Sequence record: PZ386967.1
DNA: 64,000 nucleotides
Strand: one strand, 5' to 3'
DNA from: a phage
In this document: positions 1 to 9,397 of the stretch, piece by piece
How the letters are laid out: each line of letters begins with the position of its first letter
Numbering within the stretch: position 1 is the stretch's first letter
The notes under the pieces: generated by a model
The model's input: only the letters and a program-made list of their open reading frames with translations
Told to the model about the DNA's origin: nothing
Databases searched by the model: none
Program-made: the position numbers and the translations under genes

Positions 1-2211
1 ATGGCGTATCAGAAGCGTGATGTAGAATACGCCCCACTCAAGACGGGGTTTAAGACAGAAGACGTCAGACTGCGTATGGACCAAACGTTCATGCGCAAGC
101 CGTCTGTGCGCGCTCCTCGTGTGGAGTTGATGCTAACAGATGAGCAGGAATCGGAGTTCGTCGAGTGCGCGATGGACGCCCATTACTTCGCCGCCAACTA
201 CTACAAGATCACGACCATCGATAAAGGCTTCATCCTCTTTGACATGCACGATTACCAGAAGCAGTTGTTCCATGACTTCCAGGACTATCGATTCAATGCG
301 GTCGTCCAGGCTCGTCAGTCTGGGAAATGTGTAAAAGGTGACACGCTTGTCACAGTTTACGATACTCTCAGCCAAGAGCAGTTGCTCCTGACCATAGGGG
401 AGCTTCACAGCCGCTTCGAGGACGTCAACCACGCTGTGCCGCTGAATACCATTGGCAACCATGACAAGTTCGTGGACAGCCGCTTCGGCAAACGTTACTT
501 TGTGCAATCCGATAGTGGTTGGGTTCCGGTTATCGCAGCGCATAAGACGAAGAAATATGCGGAATTCGTTATTGTGACTGTTACTGGGCGGCGAATTAAC
601 GTGGCCGACGAACATATATTCTTCACTCCGGAAATGAAGGAGATATTTGCCAAAGACCTGAATTCTGGGTCATACATCATGACGTCAGAAGGTCCAGAAG
701 AAATCCGTGAGATTTGGCAGACTGGTGAGACGCATCACATGTATGACCTACAGGTGAAATCTAGTGATCAGCGCTACTACACCAACGGCTTCCTCAGCCA
801 CAACACGACAGTCGTGGCAGCGTTCCTGCTCTGGTATGCGATGTTCCACTCCGACAAAGAGATCGCAGTACTGGCGAACAAAGAGAAGCAGGCGATTGAA
901 ATCCTAGATCGTATTCGCAAAGCATATCAAGATTTGCCATTCTTCCTCCAACAGGGTTGTGAGAAGTTCGGTTCCACGCTGATCGAGTTCGAAAACGGAT
1001 CAAAGATCTACGCCTATGCGACATCTTCCGACTCCATCCGTGGTCGATCCGTATCGCTCCTGTATGTGGACGAAGTGGCGTTCATTGAAAACGACTTTGA
1101 ATTCTGGGAGTCTACATTCCCGGCGATTGCATCTGCAGAGACTTCACGTTGTATTCTGACCAGTACGCCGAAAGGTCAGCGCGGGTTGTTCTACGACATC
1201 GTCACCAAGGCGAACCCAGAACACCCACAATACAACGACTTCAAACTCACCGAGGTCCCATGGTATCGTGTTCCAACGTACACCAAAGATCCAGACTGGG
1301 AATCCAAACAAAGGGCGAAGCTGGGTGATGCACGTTTCGATCAAGAATTTGGCATTAAGTTCCGTGGTTCTGTGGGATCACTGATACCTGCCAAGTGTCT
1401 GGACAAGATGACCTCGAAGCTGTATCAGGAGCCGAACGAGTTCACCAAGATTTATCACGACTACGATCCTAAGCGCATCTATATGGGTATCGCAGATACA
1501 GGCAAGGGTGTCGAAGGGGATTATTCTGTGCTGACCATTATCGACATCACAGACTATCCTCACAAGATCGCAGCCAAGTATCGAAATAACACGATACCTC
1601 CAATGATGTACGCGTACACAATCGCCGATATGGGCGAGAAGTATGGAACGTGCCCGATGCTAGTCGAGACTAACAACGACGTGGGTGGTCAGGTGATCAC
1701 AATTCTATACCAGGAAATTGAATATCCCGAGATCATCTTCACTACAACAGATACCAAGGGCACAGGCAAGAGAATCGGTGGTCGCCGCCCTGAGCCTGGT
1801 ATCAATACCAACAAGAAGGTGCGCACAAACGGCTGTGCCAACCTGAAAGCCCTGATTGAACGTGAAATGCTGGTGATAGATGACCAGGACACGATAGATG
1901 AACTCAGTACATTCGTATGGACTGGAACAAGGTATGAAGCCGATGATGGTTGTCATGATGACTGTGTAATGCCCCTCGTGTTGTATGCATGGGCGGTGAA
2001 ACAAGAATGGTTTAGTGACCTCACCAACTCCAGTATCTCAGTCGACATGAGAGGACGGTTGTCTGCGATGGAAGAATCACAGATGCTACCATTTGGAGGT
2101 ATGATGTCGACGCCAGATCCTCACTCTGTGGAGAACATCCCAGGGTTCGGTGGAATTCAGGTTTATGACGACCGCTCTGGTATGTCTATGGAAGAATGGC
2201 TGAGACGGTGA
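1..2211 (+). CDS. gp17: Terminase large subunit (gp17-like), interrupted by a mini-intein; may be 5'-partial at window start
   Basis: Exteins match remembered T4 gp17: Walker A reads ARQSGK|TTVVAAF once residues 110-268 are removed; downstream LYVDEVAF and C-terminal nuclease-region similarity. Only ~109 aa precede the P-loop versus ~160 in T4, so the true start may lie upstream. Confidence 0.9.
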   Translation: MAYQKRDVEYAPLKTGFKTEDVRLRMDQTFMRKPSVRAPRVELMLTDEQESEFVECAMDAHYFAANYYKITTIDKGFILFDMHDYQKQLFHDFQDYRFNAVVQARQSGKCVKGDTLVTVYDTLSQEQLLLTIGELHSRFEDVNHAVPLNTIGNHDKFVDSRFGKRYFVQSDSGWVPVIAAHKTKKYAEFVIVTVTGRRINVADEHIFFTPEMKEIFAKDLNSGSYIMTSEGPEEIREIWQTGETHHMYDLQVKSSDQRYYTNGFLSHNTTVVAAFLLWYAMFHSDKEIAVLANKEKQAIEILDRIRKAYQDLPFFLQQGCEKFGSTLIEFENGSKIYAYATSSDSIRGRSVSLLYVDEVAFIENDFEFWESTFPAIASAETSRCILTSTPKGQRGLFYDIVTKANPEHPQYNDFKLTEVPWYRVPTYTKDPDWESKQRAKLGDARFDQEFGIKFRGSVGSLIPAKCLDKMTSKLYQEPNEFTKIYHDYDPKRIYMGIADTGKGVEGDYSVLTIIDITDYPHKIAAKYRNNTIPPMMYAYTIADMGEKYGTCPMLVETNNDVGGQVITILYQEIEYPEIIFTTTDTKGTGKRIGGRRPEPGINTNKKVRTNGCANLKALIEREMLVIDDQDTIDELSTFVWTGTRYEADDGCHDDCVMPLVLYAWAVKQEWFSDLTNSSISVDMRGRLSAMEESQMLPFGGMMSTPDPHSVENIPGFGGIQVYDDRSGMSMEEWLRR
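328..804 (+). other. Mini-intein (Hint domain, 159 aa, no endonuclease domain) inserted in the terminase P-loop
   Basis: Begins with Cys (CVKGDTLVTV, block A), ends MYDLQVKSSDQRYYTNGFLSHN followed by Thr (+1) (blocks F/G); removal restores the Walker A motif GKTT. Confidence 0.8.
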
Positions 2212-2263
2212 TCACTAAATATCTTTCAAATTGAGCGAAACTCTACAGAGAAGGAATAAGATT

Positions 2264-4159
2264 ATGGCAACTCAAAGCTTCAGCGTTGCGCCGTCCGTAC
2301 AGTGGACTGAGCGTGATGCCACGCTTCAGACGTCCCCATCCGTTGTTGTTCAGGGTGCGGCTGTCGGCAAATTCCAATGGGGTGAGGCAGAACTCCCTGT
2401 GTTGGTCACTGGTGGTGAAACTGGTCTGGTGAAGAAATTCTTCAAGCCAAACGATGCAACTGCCACCGACTTCTTAGTGATTGCTGACTTCCTGTCTTAC
2501 AGCTCTGTTGCATGGGTGACCCGTGTGGTCGGTCCGGCGGCACGCAACGCTGTAACCAAAGGTCAGACTGCAATCCTTATCCGCAACAAATTAGACTTCG
2601 AAACTGCGTCCCCATCTGCGTCTATTACCTGGACAGGCCGCTATGCTGGCTCTCTGGGTAACGACATTGCTGTGAACATCTGTGACGCTGCGCTGTTCCC
2701 GACCTGGGAATTCCGTAACAACTTCGCATATGCTCCGCAGGATGGCGAGTACCATATCGCCATCGTTGACAAAGTAGGTCGCATCACCGACTCTTCTGGC
2801 GCTGTTAGTCAGGTTGATCGTATCTCTGTATCCGGTACTGCCACCGCTGCTGGTTCCATCTCTGTTGCTGGTGAAGCCGTGGCGTACACTGACGCTGACA
2901 CCCCGGCGACTCTGGCGACAAAGATCGGAACTGCGCTGACGTCTCTGTCTGAAGTATATTCTTCTGTTGTCGTGAAGTCCAACACCGTCACCGTCACTCA
3001 CAAAGCAATCGGTCCTCAGGCTGCGACTGCGATTGTTCCAGACGCGAATGGCCTGACTGCTACCGCTGCCGTCACCACTGTTGGTGCTTCCGGTACGATC
3101 ATCGAGAAGTATGAACTGGTTCAGACCGCTCAGGGTTCTAAGAAATCTGATGGATCCAATGCATACTTCAAAGACGTGATCAACGGCACCTCAAATTGGG
3201 TGTACACCTTCGCCACTACCCTGGCTGCTGGTGTCATTGAACTCGAAGGTGGTGTAGACGATTACACTGGGAACCGTGTTGCGGCTATCCAGGCACTGAA
3301 CAACGCCGAAGCGTATGATGCCAAGCCAGTGTTCGGTTTCTGTGAAGAACTGATTGAGCAGCAGGCACTGATCGACCTGTCCACCGAGCGTAAAGACACA
3401 GTGTCCTTCGTGTCTCCTCTTCGCGATACGGTCGTCGGAAACCGTGGCCGTGAGATGGATGATGTTGTGGCCTGGCGTGAAAGTCTTGTTCGCGACTCCT
3501 CCTACTTCTTCATGGATGACAACTGGGCGTATGTGTACGACAAGTACAACGACAAAATGCGTTGGATTCCGGCTTGTGGCGGCACCGCAGGTGTTTGGGC
3601 GCGCAGCATTGAAATCGCGGGTATCTACAAATCTCCGGCGTTCCACAACCGTGGTAAATACAACAACTATAATCGAATGGCATGGTCTGCGTCTTCTGAT
3701 GAGCGTGCTGTGCTGTATCGCAACCAGATCAACAGCATTGTCACCTTCTCCAACGAAGGCATCGTGTTGTACGGCGACAAGACTGGCCTGACCCGCCCAT
3801 CTGCGTTCGACCGCATCAACGTTCGTGGTCTGTTCATTATGGCAGAGCAGAACATCGCAGCCATCGCCAAATACTACCTTGGTGAGAACAACGATGCATT
3901 CACTCGTGGGTTGTTCAGCAACGCTGTCCGCCCATATATCCGCCAGTTGGCCAACATGGGCGCGATCTATGACGGGATGGTGAAGTGTGATGAGGACAAC
4001 AACACTGCGGAAGTTATCGCTGCCAACCAGATGGTTGCTGGTATCTGGCTGAAGCCCGAGTACAGCATAAATTGGGTGTATCTCGACTTCGCCGCCGTTC
4101 GCCCGGACATGGAATTCAGTGAGATCGAATCCGGTGGTGGTATCGTAGCCGCTTCTTAA
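2264..4159 (+). CDS. gp18: Tail sheath protein (gp18-like)
   Basis: GKFQWG near N-terminus and C-terminal YGDKT...FDRINVRGLF resemble T4 gp18; ATG at 2264 has RBS GAAGGAA upstream (the track's 2231 start is TTG). Confidence 0.85.
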   Translation: MATQSFSVAPSVQWTERDATLQTSPSVVVQGAAVGKFQWGEAELPVLVTGGETGLVKKFFKPNDATATDFLVIADFLSYSSVAWVTRVVGPAARNAVTKGQTAILIRNKLDFETASPSASITWTGRYAGSLGNDIAVNICDAALFPTWEFRNNFAYAPQDGEYHIAIVDKVGRITDSSGAVSQVDRISVSGTATAAGSISVAGEAVAYTDADTPATLATKIGTALTSLSEVYSSVVVKSNTVTVTHKAIGPQAATAIVPDANGLTATAAVTTVGASGTIIEKYELVQTAQGSKKSDGSNAYFKDVINGTSNWVYTFATTLAAGVIELEGGVDDYTGNRVAAIQALNNAEAYDAKPVFGFCEELIEQQALIDLSTERKDTVSFVSPLRDTVVGNRGREMDDVVAWRESLVRDSSYFFMDDNWAYVYDKYNDKMRWIPACGGTAGVWARSIEIAGIYKSPAFHNRGKYNNYNRMAWSASSDERAVLYRNQINSIVTFSNEGIVLYGDKTGLTRPSAFDRINVRGLFIMAEQNIAAIAKYYLGENNDAFTRGLFSNAVRPYIRQLANMGAIYDGMVKCDEDNNTAEVIAANQMVAGIWLKPEYSINWVYLDFAAVRPDMEFSEIESGGGIVAAS

Positions 4160-4201
4160 TTTACTCCATGCCCTCTTCGGAGGGTACATTGAGGTATTGT
4201 T

Positions 4202-4504
4202 ATGAAAAGTTTTTCTCAATTTTTAGCAGAAGCAGGCCTAAAAGGTGACCTTCAGAAAGTTAAAGACTCCGTGATTGAATGGTTGGAAGACCAAGATGTA
4301 AGGCTCAAAAAGGGTGATATCGAAAATGGAGTATTTGGAGATTTCTTCCGCATAACCATTGATGATTTTGAATATACATATAATGGCAAAGAGATCAAAG
4401 TATTCGACCTGAAGAAAGATAAACAGGTTGTTAGCAAAGCTGCTGGAACTCGAGAAGCCCCAGGTGAACTCGGTAAATTGTTTAAGAAATACAGCAAAGT
4501 GTGA
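4202..4504 (+). CDS. Small basic protein with T4 internal-protein-like capsid targeting sequence
   Basis: N-terminus MKSFSQFLAE|AGL resembles T4 IP targeting sequence MKTYQEFIAE with L-x-E cleavage motif; followed by a terminator. Confidence 0.5.
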   Translation: MKSFSQFLAEAGLKGDLQKVKDSVIEWLEDQDVRLKKGDIENGVFGDFFRITIDDFEYTYNGKEIKVFDLKKDKQVVSKAAGTREAPGELGKLFKKYSKV

Positions 4505-4509
4505 CAAGA

Positions 4510-4537
4510 CCCCGCTTCGGCGGGGTTTTAAATTTTT
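4510..4537 (+). terminator. Rho-independent terminator
   Basis: Hairpin CCCCGC-TTCG-GCGGGG followed by a T-run. Confidence 0.7.
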
Positions 4538-4550
4538 CTAGATTATTTTA

Positions 4551-4578
4551 TTGAATTACTTTACTTCTTCAATAACTC
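4551..4578 (+). promoter_or_regulatory. T4-type early promoter (-35 TTTACT, 16-bp spacer, -10 TATAAT)
   Basis: Matches the repeated cassette; T4 early promoters have a GTTTAC-type -35. Conserved leader and start context follow. Confidence 0.55.
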
Positions 4579-4635
4579 ACGTATAATTCTAAACATAAGC
4601 AGTACGACACCAACTTGAAACGAAGGAACTATATC

Positions 4636-4992
4636 ATGACCAAGACCGAAATTAACGCTATCCTGAAAGAAATCGGCCTCTGCAACCTGAAACGCCGCGT
4701 CAATCCTTACCAGCCCGCAAAGCCAGTACGCGACAGCCAGGGAAAGATGATAAAAGGGATCTACTGTGCAGATGTTGGCCCAATGACTGTGACCAGTCCA
4801 CACATTGACAGATTTAACGCTATTGTTGAGGAGTTTTGTGGTAAGGTTCTGGGTGAACTAGCTAATGATTTATGCTCCCCAGATACCAAAGTTGTAGCTT
4901 TCGGGAGCCACCTCGTCACATTCCACCTCACCAGCTTCCGTGCCCACGGTGATTATCATGTGTATTATGCTCAGGTTAGCATTCGCAAATAG
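4636..4992 (+). CDS. Hypothetical early protein (119 aa)
   Basis: ATG inside the conserved GGAACTATATCATG start context; the track's 4615 start is an upstream TTG. Confidence 0.5.
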   Translation: MTKTEINAILKEIGLCNLKRRVNPYQPAKPVRDSQGKMIKGIYCADVGPMTVTSPHIDRFNAIVEEFCGKVLGELANDLCSPDTKVVAFGSHLVTFHLTSFRAHGDYHVYYAQVSIRK

Positions 4993-4998
4993 CAGTTT

Positions 4999-5025
4999 AC
5001 CCCGCTGAGGCGGGGTTTAGTTTTC
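4999..5025. terminator. Terminator hairpin between convergent genes
   Basis: ACCCCGC-TGAG-GCGGGGT followed by T-rich tract; lies between the + gene ending 4992 and the - gene ending 5017. Confidence 0.6.
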
Positions 5026-6801
5026 CAGTTCATACCGGATAAGACCACACCCCCAGATACGCCCCAACCCGGCTTCCACCGACAGCATATCCTCTGTTTT
5101 GCCTTCTATATCGTATCCAAGTTTAAGGAATTTCTCTTTCCTGAAATTGAATTTGTGTATACGTAAGCTATAGTCTGGTGTCACATATTTGTAATCAGGG
5201 GGAAGGATTTCCTTTTCAACAAATCCGTTATTCAGGTAAACATTTTTCAGACGACTGACAACACAACGATCACCAAAAGAATATACTGTCTCACCCCGAT
5301 GTCGAGCGATATAATATTTCAGCAAGCGTGAGAATGCGCCATGGCAATTGTTAGAAGCAAATCTCACCAATTCAATACCATGCACTCGTTTGGTAAACAA
5401 CATCACCGCCTGGATATTCCCAGTTTTGTCTACAAGGTGTATATAATCTGTCGCCACCACACCACCTTGTATATGGAATCGGTCGAGAAAGTCCTTGGAC
5501 GTCCTATAGGAGCCTTCCAAAATGGTATGTTGGCGAGCGTATGACAATGGTTTCCCTATCCCCAATTTTGCTTTTAGGAGTGATTTAACCACTTCCTGTT
5601 TGTCACGCCACTCATCTTCCCAGATATGGATTAATTGAATACCCTGGGATTCACAGTGCATAGTCTTTTCAAGATGGTAGTCTTTGTATCGATGTTTCTC
5701 CGAATGCCAATACAACCCATTAAATTCTATTGCCAACTTATGTTCTGGGCAGTATATGTCTATCTGGCGTGTGGTCGCCCTCCCGTCGAACATTTTACCT
5801 CTGAGGACGGAGAAATTACCAGATTCATAAACGACACCCAATGAATCCAGGTATGAACATATTTCTATTTCTGGCTGTGTTTGGCTTTGGCTGCTGGGGT
5901 ATGTGAAAGAGTTCCTATATTCTTCAGAAGAGAAATAGTGAGGTACGCCGTATTTTTCTTTTGAAATGATCCTGGTATTGGCCTGGCTTCTATCCCATAT
6001 AGCCTTTACCTTCAACGGATAATCAACCCCATATTTTAAGACGCATGTTTTCTTTCTCTTTTCTATAATGGAATTGAGGAACATTGGATGATCCACACCA
6101 TAGATCTTCCTCCAAGTCTCAATCACCCTTTCCCTCACTTCTGGCATTTTCATGACGTGTGATACGCCATAGCGTTCCATGACAGAAGCAGCCACTCTGT
6201 CCTTTATAACATCAGACTTCATAGGGTGGTCGACCCCATATTTCTTAAGGGCAGTTTCCCGTGACTTTTGTTTTACTTCTTCCAGTTGGAATATGTTGGC
6301 TACGCCATATTTCTCTGTTATGGCGTTTTCTAGGTTGGCCCGTTCTGAGCCTCCCACCTTCATTGATTCTCGTTGGCATTCTTCGGAACAAAACTTTTTG
6401 TATCTGGGCGGTTGGGCTTCCATTTCTAAGCCGACGTCAGCACCGCAAGTGGCACACTGCGACTTCGGAATATCGTACAGCCAAGCAGTTATCGCTTGTG
6501 GTTCTTCTAATAGGTCGTTGTGTGACACCACGTATCCAACAACATCAACCCCAGTATGGGCCGTGAGTAGGGGATGAGAGATAAGTTTGTAGTTCAACGA
6601 ACCATCTTTCTTCCTGAGTTTACTATCAACCCAAGAGCGGCATTCGGTTTCGGTCGTCGGGATGTCATCCAACAAACCCGGATTGCGTTTCATCGTTCCC
6701 AGCATGAATGATTTGCATTCGTCACTACAATACAACGCAGCCTTCCTGGTTGGGGTGAACGGTTTGTGGCAGCATAAACAATTTTTATCGGGGAATGGCA
6801 T
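5017..6801 (-). CDS. Free-standing homing-endonuclease-like protein: N-terminal zinc ribbon, five KYGV repeats, C-terminal PD-(D/E)XK-like nuclease domain
   Basis: CCHKPF...YCSDEC and CATCG...FCSEEC cysteine pairs; repeated ~28-aa units (EKYGVANIF, KKYGVDHPM, ERYGVSHVM, KIYGVDHPM, LKYGVDYPL, EKYGVPHYF); C-terminal IDIYCPEHKLAIEFNGLYWH...IWEDEW resembles Vsr/DUF559-type nucleases. Antisense insertion between gp18 and gp19. Likely ATG at 6801; the track starts at GTG 6816. Confidence 0.6.
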   Translation of the reverse strand: MPFPDKNCLCCHKPFTPTRKAALYCSDECKSFMLGTMKRNPGLLDDIPTTETECRSWVDSKLRKKDGSLNYKLISHPLLTAHTGVDVVGYVVSHNDLLEEPQAITAWLYDIPKSQCATCGADVGLEMEAQPPRYKKFCSEECQRESMKVGGSERANLENAITEKYGVANIFQLEEVKQKSRETALKKYGVDHPMKSDVIKDRVAASVMERYGVSHVMKMPEVRERVIETWRKIYGVDHPMFLNSIIEKRKKTCVLKYGVDYPLKVKAIWDRSQANTRIISKEKYGVPHYFSSEEYRNSFTYPSSQSQTQPEIEICSYLDSLGVVYESGNFSVLRGKMFDGRATTRQIDIYCPEHKLAIEFNGLYWHSEKHRYKDYHLEKTMHCESQGIQLIHIWEDEWRDKQEVVKSLLKAKLGIGKPLSYARQHTILEGSYRTSKDFLDRFHIQGGVVATDYIHLVDKTGNIQAVMLFTKRVHGIELVRFASNNCHGAFSRLLKYYIARHRGETVYSFGDRCVVSRLKNVYLNNGFVEKEILPPDYKYVTPDYSLRIHKFNFRKEKFLKLGYDIEGKTEDMLSVEAGLGRIWGCGLIRYELEN

Positions 6802-6882
6802 AATAAATATCCTCACTTTGGAGTATTTTAACCCCCATTTATTTCAAAACTAAATATTTACACTATTCAGAGGAGAACGACC

Positions 6883-7416
6883 ATGGCTACAGTTAATGAA
6901 TTCAGAGCAGCTATGTCACGCGGGGGTGGCGTTCAGCGCCAACACCGCTGGCGTGTGACTGTTAACTTCCCTTCCTTCGTGGCTGGAAGCGATACCATCC
7001 GTGATGTTTCGCTGTTGGCGGTGACCACAAATACCCCAACAGGCCAGCTCGGGGAGATACTCGTCCCATGGGGTGGTCGTGAACTTCCATTCCCAGGTGA
7101 CCGTCGTTTTGAGGCTCTGCCTGTAACGTTTATCAACGTTGTGGACAACGCCCCGTACAACGCATTCGAAGTCTGGCAGCAGTACATCAACGGCAGCAAC
7201 AACAACCGTGCGTCTGCTAACCCAGATGATTATTTCCGTGATGTAATCATGGAACTGCTGGATGCGAATGACAATGTCACCAAGACCTGGACCCTTCAGG
7301 GCGCCTGGCCTCAGAACCTCGGTCAGCTGGAACTGGACATGTCTGCAATGGACTCTTATACTCAGTTCACTGTTGACCTGCGTTACTTCCAGGCCATTTC
7401 AGACAAGTCTCTCTAA
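6883..7416 (+). CDS. gp19: Tail tube protein (gp19-like)
   Basis: C-terminal LQGAWPQNLGQLELDMSAMDSYTQFTVDL resembles T4 gp19 IKGLWPTNVGELQLDWDSNNEIQTFEVTL; RBS GAGGAG. Confidence 0.8.
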   Translation: MATVNEFRAAMSRGGGVQRQHRWRVTVNFPSFVAGSDTIRDVSLLAVTTNTPTGQLGEILVPWGGRELPFPGDRRFEALPVTFINVVDNAPYNAFEVWQQYINGSNNNRASANPDDYFRDVIMELLDANDNVTKTWTLQGAWPQNLGQLELDMSAMDSYTQFTVDLRYFQAISDKSL

Positions 7417-7482
7417 TGTCCTCAGTGCTGGGGGATCTATATTCCCCCTCACTAATTACAAGAAAATGTTGAGGACTTAATC

Positions 7483-9177
7483 ATGGCATTCGGTAATGGT
7501 GCATTCGGAAATGGGTTCTTCGGCTTGTTCGGCAGAGGCGGCAAAGTAGAAGCGCCGATTGATACCGACAAGATGGTCACGAACCAAGAAGAGAAGTTGC
7601 TTTCAAAAGCGACTGTTGTTGCGCTGGACGATTCTCAGGATGGTTCGATCATCCTCCAGGGCGGCGCGAACACATTCAATTTCGTTGGTGTTGAGAATGA
7701 GTTGCTCAACGTCAAACAGCTGGTCGAAGAGTACCAGTCTATGGCTCAGCAGCCTGAGATTCGTAAGGCTGTGGATATCATTGTCAACGACATCGTCACC
7801 TGTGAAGAGGACGAGACTCCTGTAACCATCAACCTGGAAAAGGTAGATGGCATCACAAACGAAGTCAAAGAGAAGATCACTGAAGCATTCAAAGAGATCA
7901 TGCATCTCCTTGACTTTGACAACACGGCGTATCAGAAGATCCGCAAATGGTATATTGAAGGCCGTCAGGCATTCCACGTTGTAGTGGACCCGAAGAACAA
8001 GAAAGCGGGTATCGCCAAACTCATCATGATGGACTCACGCTGTATCCGCCCAGTGTACATCGTTCAAAAGGCGATGCGCGACGGTATCGAAGTCATCAAT
8101 GACGTAAAACTTCAATACTACTACAACCCGAACTACAACCGCAACCAATTCACTGGCCAGTCCGGTACGTCTCAGAACTTCCAACCGTCACAGCAAGAGC
8201 TGGTGTTCGACGATGAGAGCATCGTGTATCTGGACAGTGGTGAAGAGCCTCTGGCGAATGGGGTTGTACCAAGCCTGCTGAACCCAGCTATCCGTCCCCT
8301 GAACAACCTTGTTACAACTGAAGATGCAACTGTGATCTATGCGATCACACGTGCTCCTGAGAAGCGAGCGTTCTATCTCGACGTGGGTACGCTGGGTAAG
8401 AAGTCGGCCGAAGAATACATGCAAGCCATGATGGGCAAATTCAAGAACCGTCTGGCGTATGATCGCACCACTGGTAAGGTGGCTGGTAACACTCATTTGA
8501 TGGGTATCGCTGAGGACTACTGGCTGCCACGTCGTGAAGGACAGAACGCAACCGAGATCTCCAACGTAGGCGGTGGCGATCAACTGGGTCAAATGGATCA
8601 TGTGGTATACTTCCGCGAGAAGCTCTACGAGGCTCTGATGATCCCTAAGAGCCGCCTGCAAGAGGAAGGTTCCATCAACATCGGTGGTTCCAATCTTGCT
8701 GAAATCACACAGGAAGAATTGCGCTTCAACAAGTTCTGTGCGAGCCTGCGCCGTCGTTATTCTTCTGGTATCTTCCTGGAACTTCTGCGCCGTCAGCTGA
8801 TATTGAAAGGCATTACAGATCAGGCTGACTGGAATGAGAAGATCAAGCCGTTCGTCAAGTTCGAATTCACTTCTGACAGCTTCATCCGTGAACAACAAGA
8901 GAACGAAATCTTGTCACAGCGTATGGCGGCTCTCGGTCAGATCGAACCATATATCGGCACTCTCTTCTCTATCGATTTTGCTCAACGCAATTTGCTGCGT
9001 ATGTCCGATGAAGACATCAAAGACCAGCAAGAGAAGATCGCGAAAGAGAAGAAAGAAGGCAAATACCCTGAAGTGCAGGCAGATGAGTCCGGCGGCTTCG
9101 GCAGCGGGGAAGTCAGTCCACTGAAATTCAGACCTAACGTCATCCCAGCGACTAACCCTCCTGGTGGTGAAGAATAA
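7483..9177 (+). CDS. gp20: Portal protein (gp20-like)
   Basis: 564-aa ORF in the gp19 to gp67/68/21 position of the T4 head module; good RBS. Confidence 0.75.
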   Translation: MAFGNGAFGNGFFGLFGRGGKVEAPIDTDKMVTNQEEKLLSKATVVALDDSQDGSIILQGGANTFNFVGVENELLNVKQLVEEYQSMAQQPEIRKAVDIIVNDIVTCEEDETPVTINLEKVDGITNEVKEKITEAFKEIMHLLDFDNTAYQKIRKWYIEGRQAFHVVVDPKNKKAGIAKLIMMDSRCIRPVYIVQKAMRDGIEVINDVKLQYYYNPNYNRNQFTGQSGTSQNFQPSQQELVFDDESIVYLDSGEEPLANGVVPSLLNPAIRPLNNLVTTEDATVIYAITRAPEKRAFYLDVGTLGKKSAEEYMQAMMGKFKNRLAYDRTTGKVAGNTHLMGIAEDYWLPRREGQNATEISNVGGGDQLGQMDHVVYFREKLYEALMIPKSRLQEEGSINIGGSNLAEITQEELRFNKFCASLRRRYSSGIFLELLRRQLILKGITDQADWNEKIKPFVKFEFTSDSFIREQQENEILSQRMAALGQIEPYIGTLFSIDFAQRNLLRMSDEDIKDQQEKIAKEKKEGKYPEVQADESGGFGSGEVSPLKFRPNVIPATNPPGGEE

Positions 9178-9214
9178 TTCGACTAAGTATAGAAAACATT
9201 TAGAGGATATGAAC

Positions 9215-9385
9215 ATGGCCGCTATCGATCTGGTAAAAGCAATCATCGCTGGTGATACTGATGCCGCTGCTGCTGAATGCGAAATGGAGCTGTCCGCTCG
9301 CGCCCAAGAACTGGTCCAGCAGGGTACTGAATATGTCTTGAACTCCCTGAGCCAAGACATGGGTCCTTTCGGCGACGACCAGTAA
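9215..9385 (+). CDS. gp67: Prohead core protein (gp67-like), small acidic
   Basis: Position between portal and gp68; small Ala/Glu-rich protein; ATG 9215 has the best RBS spacing (GAGGA, 7 nt). Confidence 0.45.
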   Translation: MAAIDLVKAIIAGDTDAAAAECEMELSARAQELVQQGTEYVLNSLSQDMGPFGDDQ

Positions 9386-9397
9386 GAGGAATGTATC

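Noticed and set aside
3191-4219. 342-aa minus-strand ORF inside the tail sheath gene
   Set aside because: Antisense shadow ORF inside a confidently identified gene; no RBS and no protein-like features.
4615-4635. Recurrent 'MK(R)RNYIM' N-terminal extensions in the ORF track (also at 13277, 33298, 37221, 48714, 61201)
   Set aside because: They start at TTG inside the conserved TTGAAA...GGAACTATATCATG leader; the ATG 15-21 nt downstream, with RBS spacing 5-8, is the real start.
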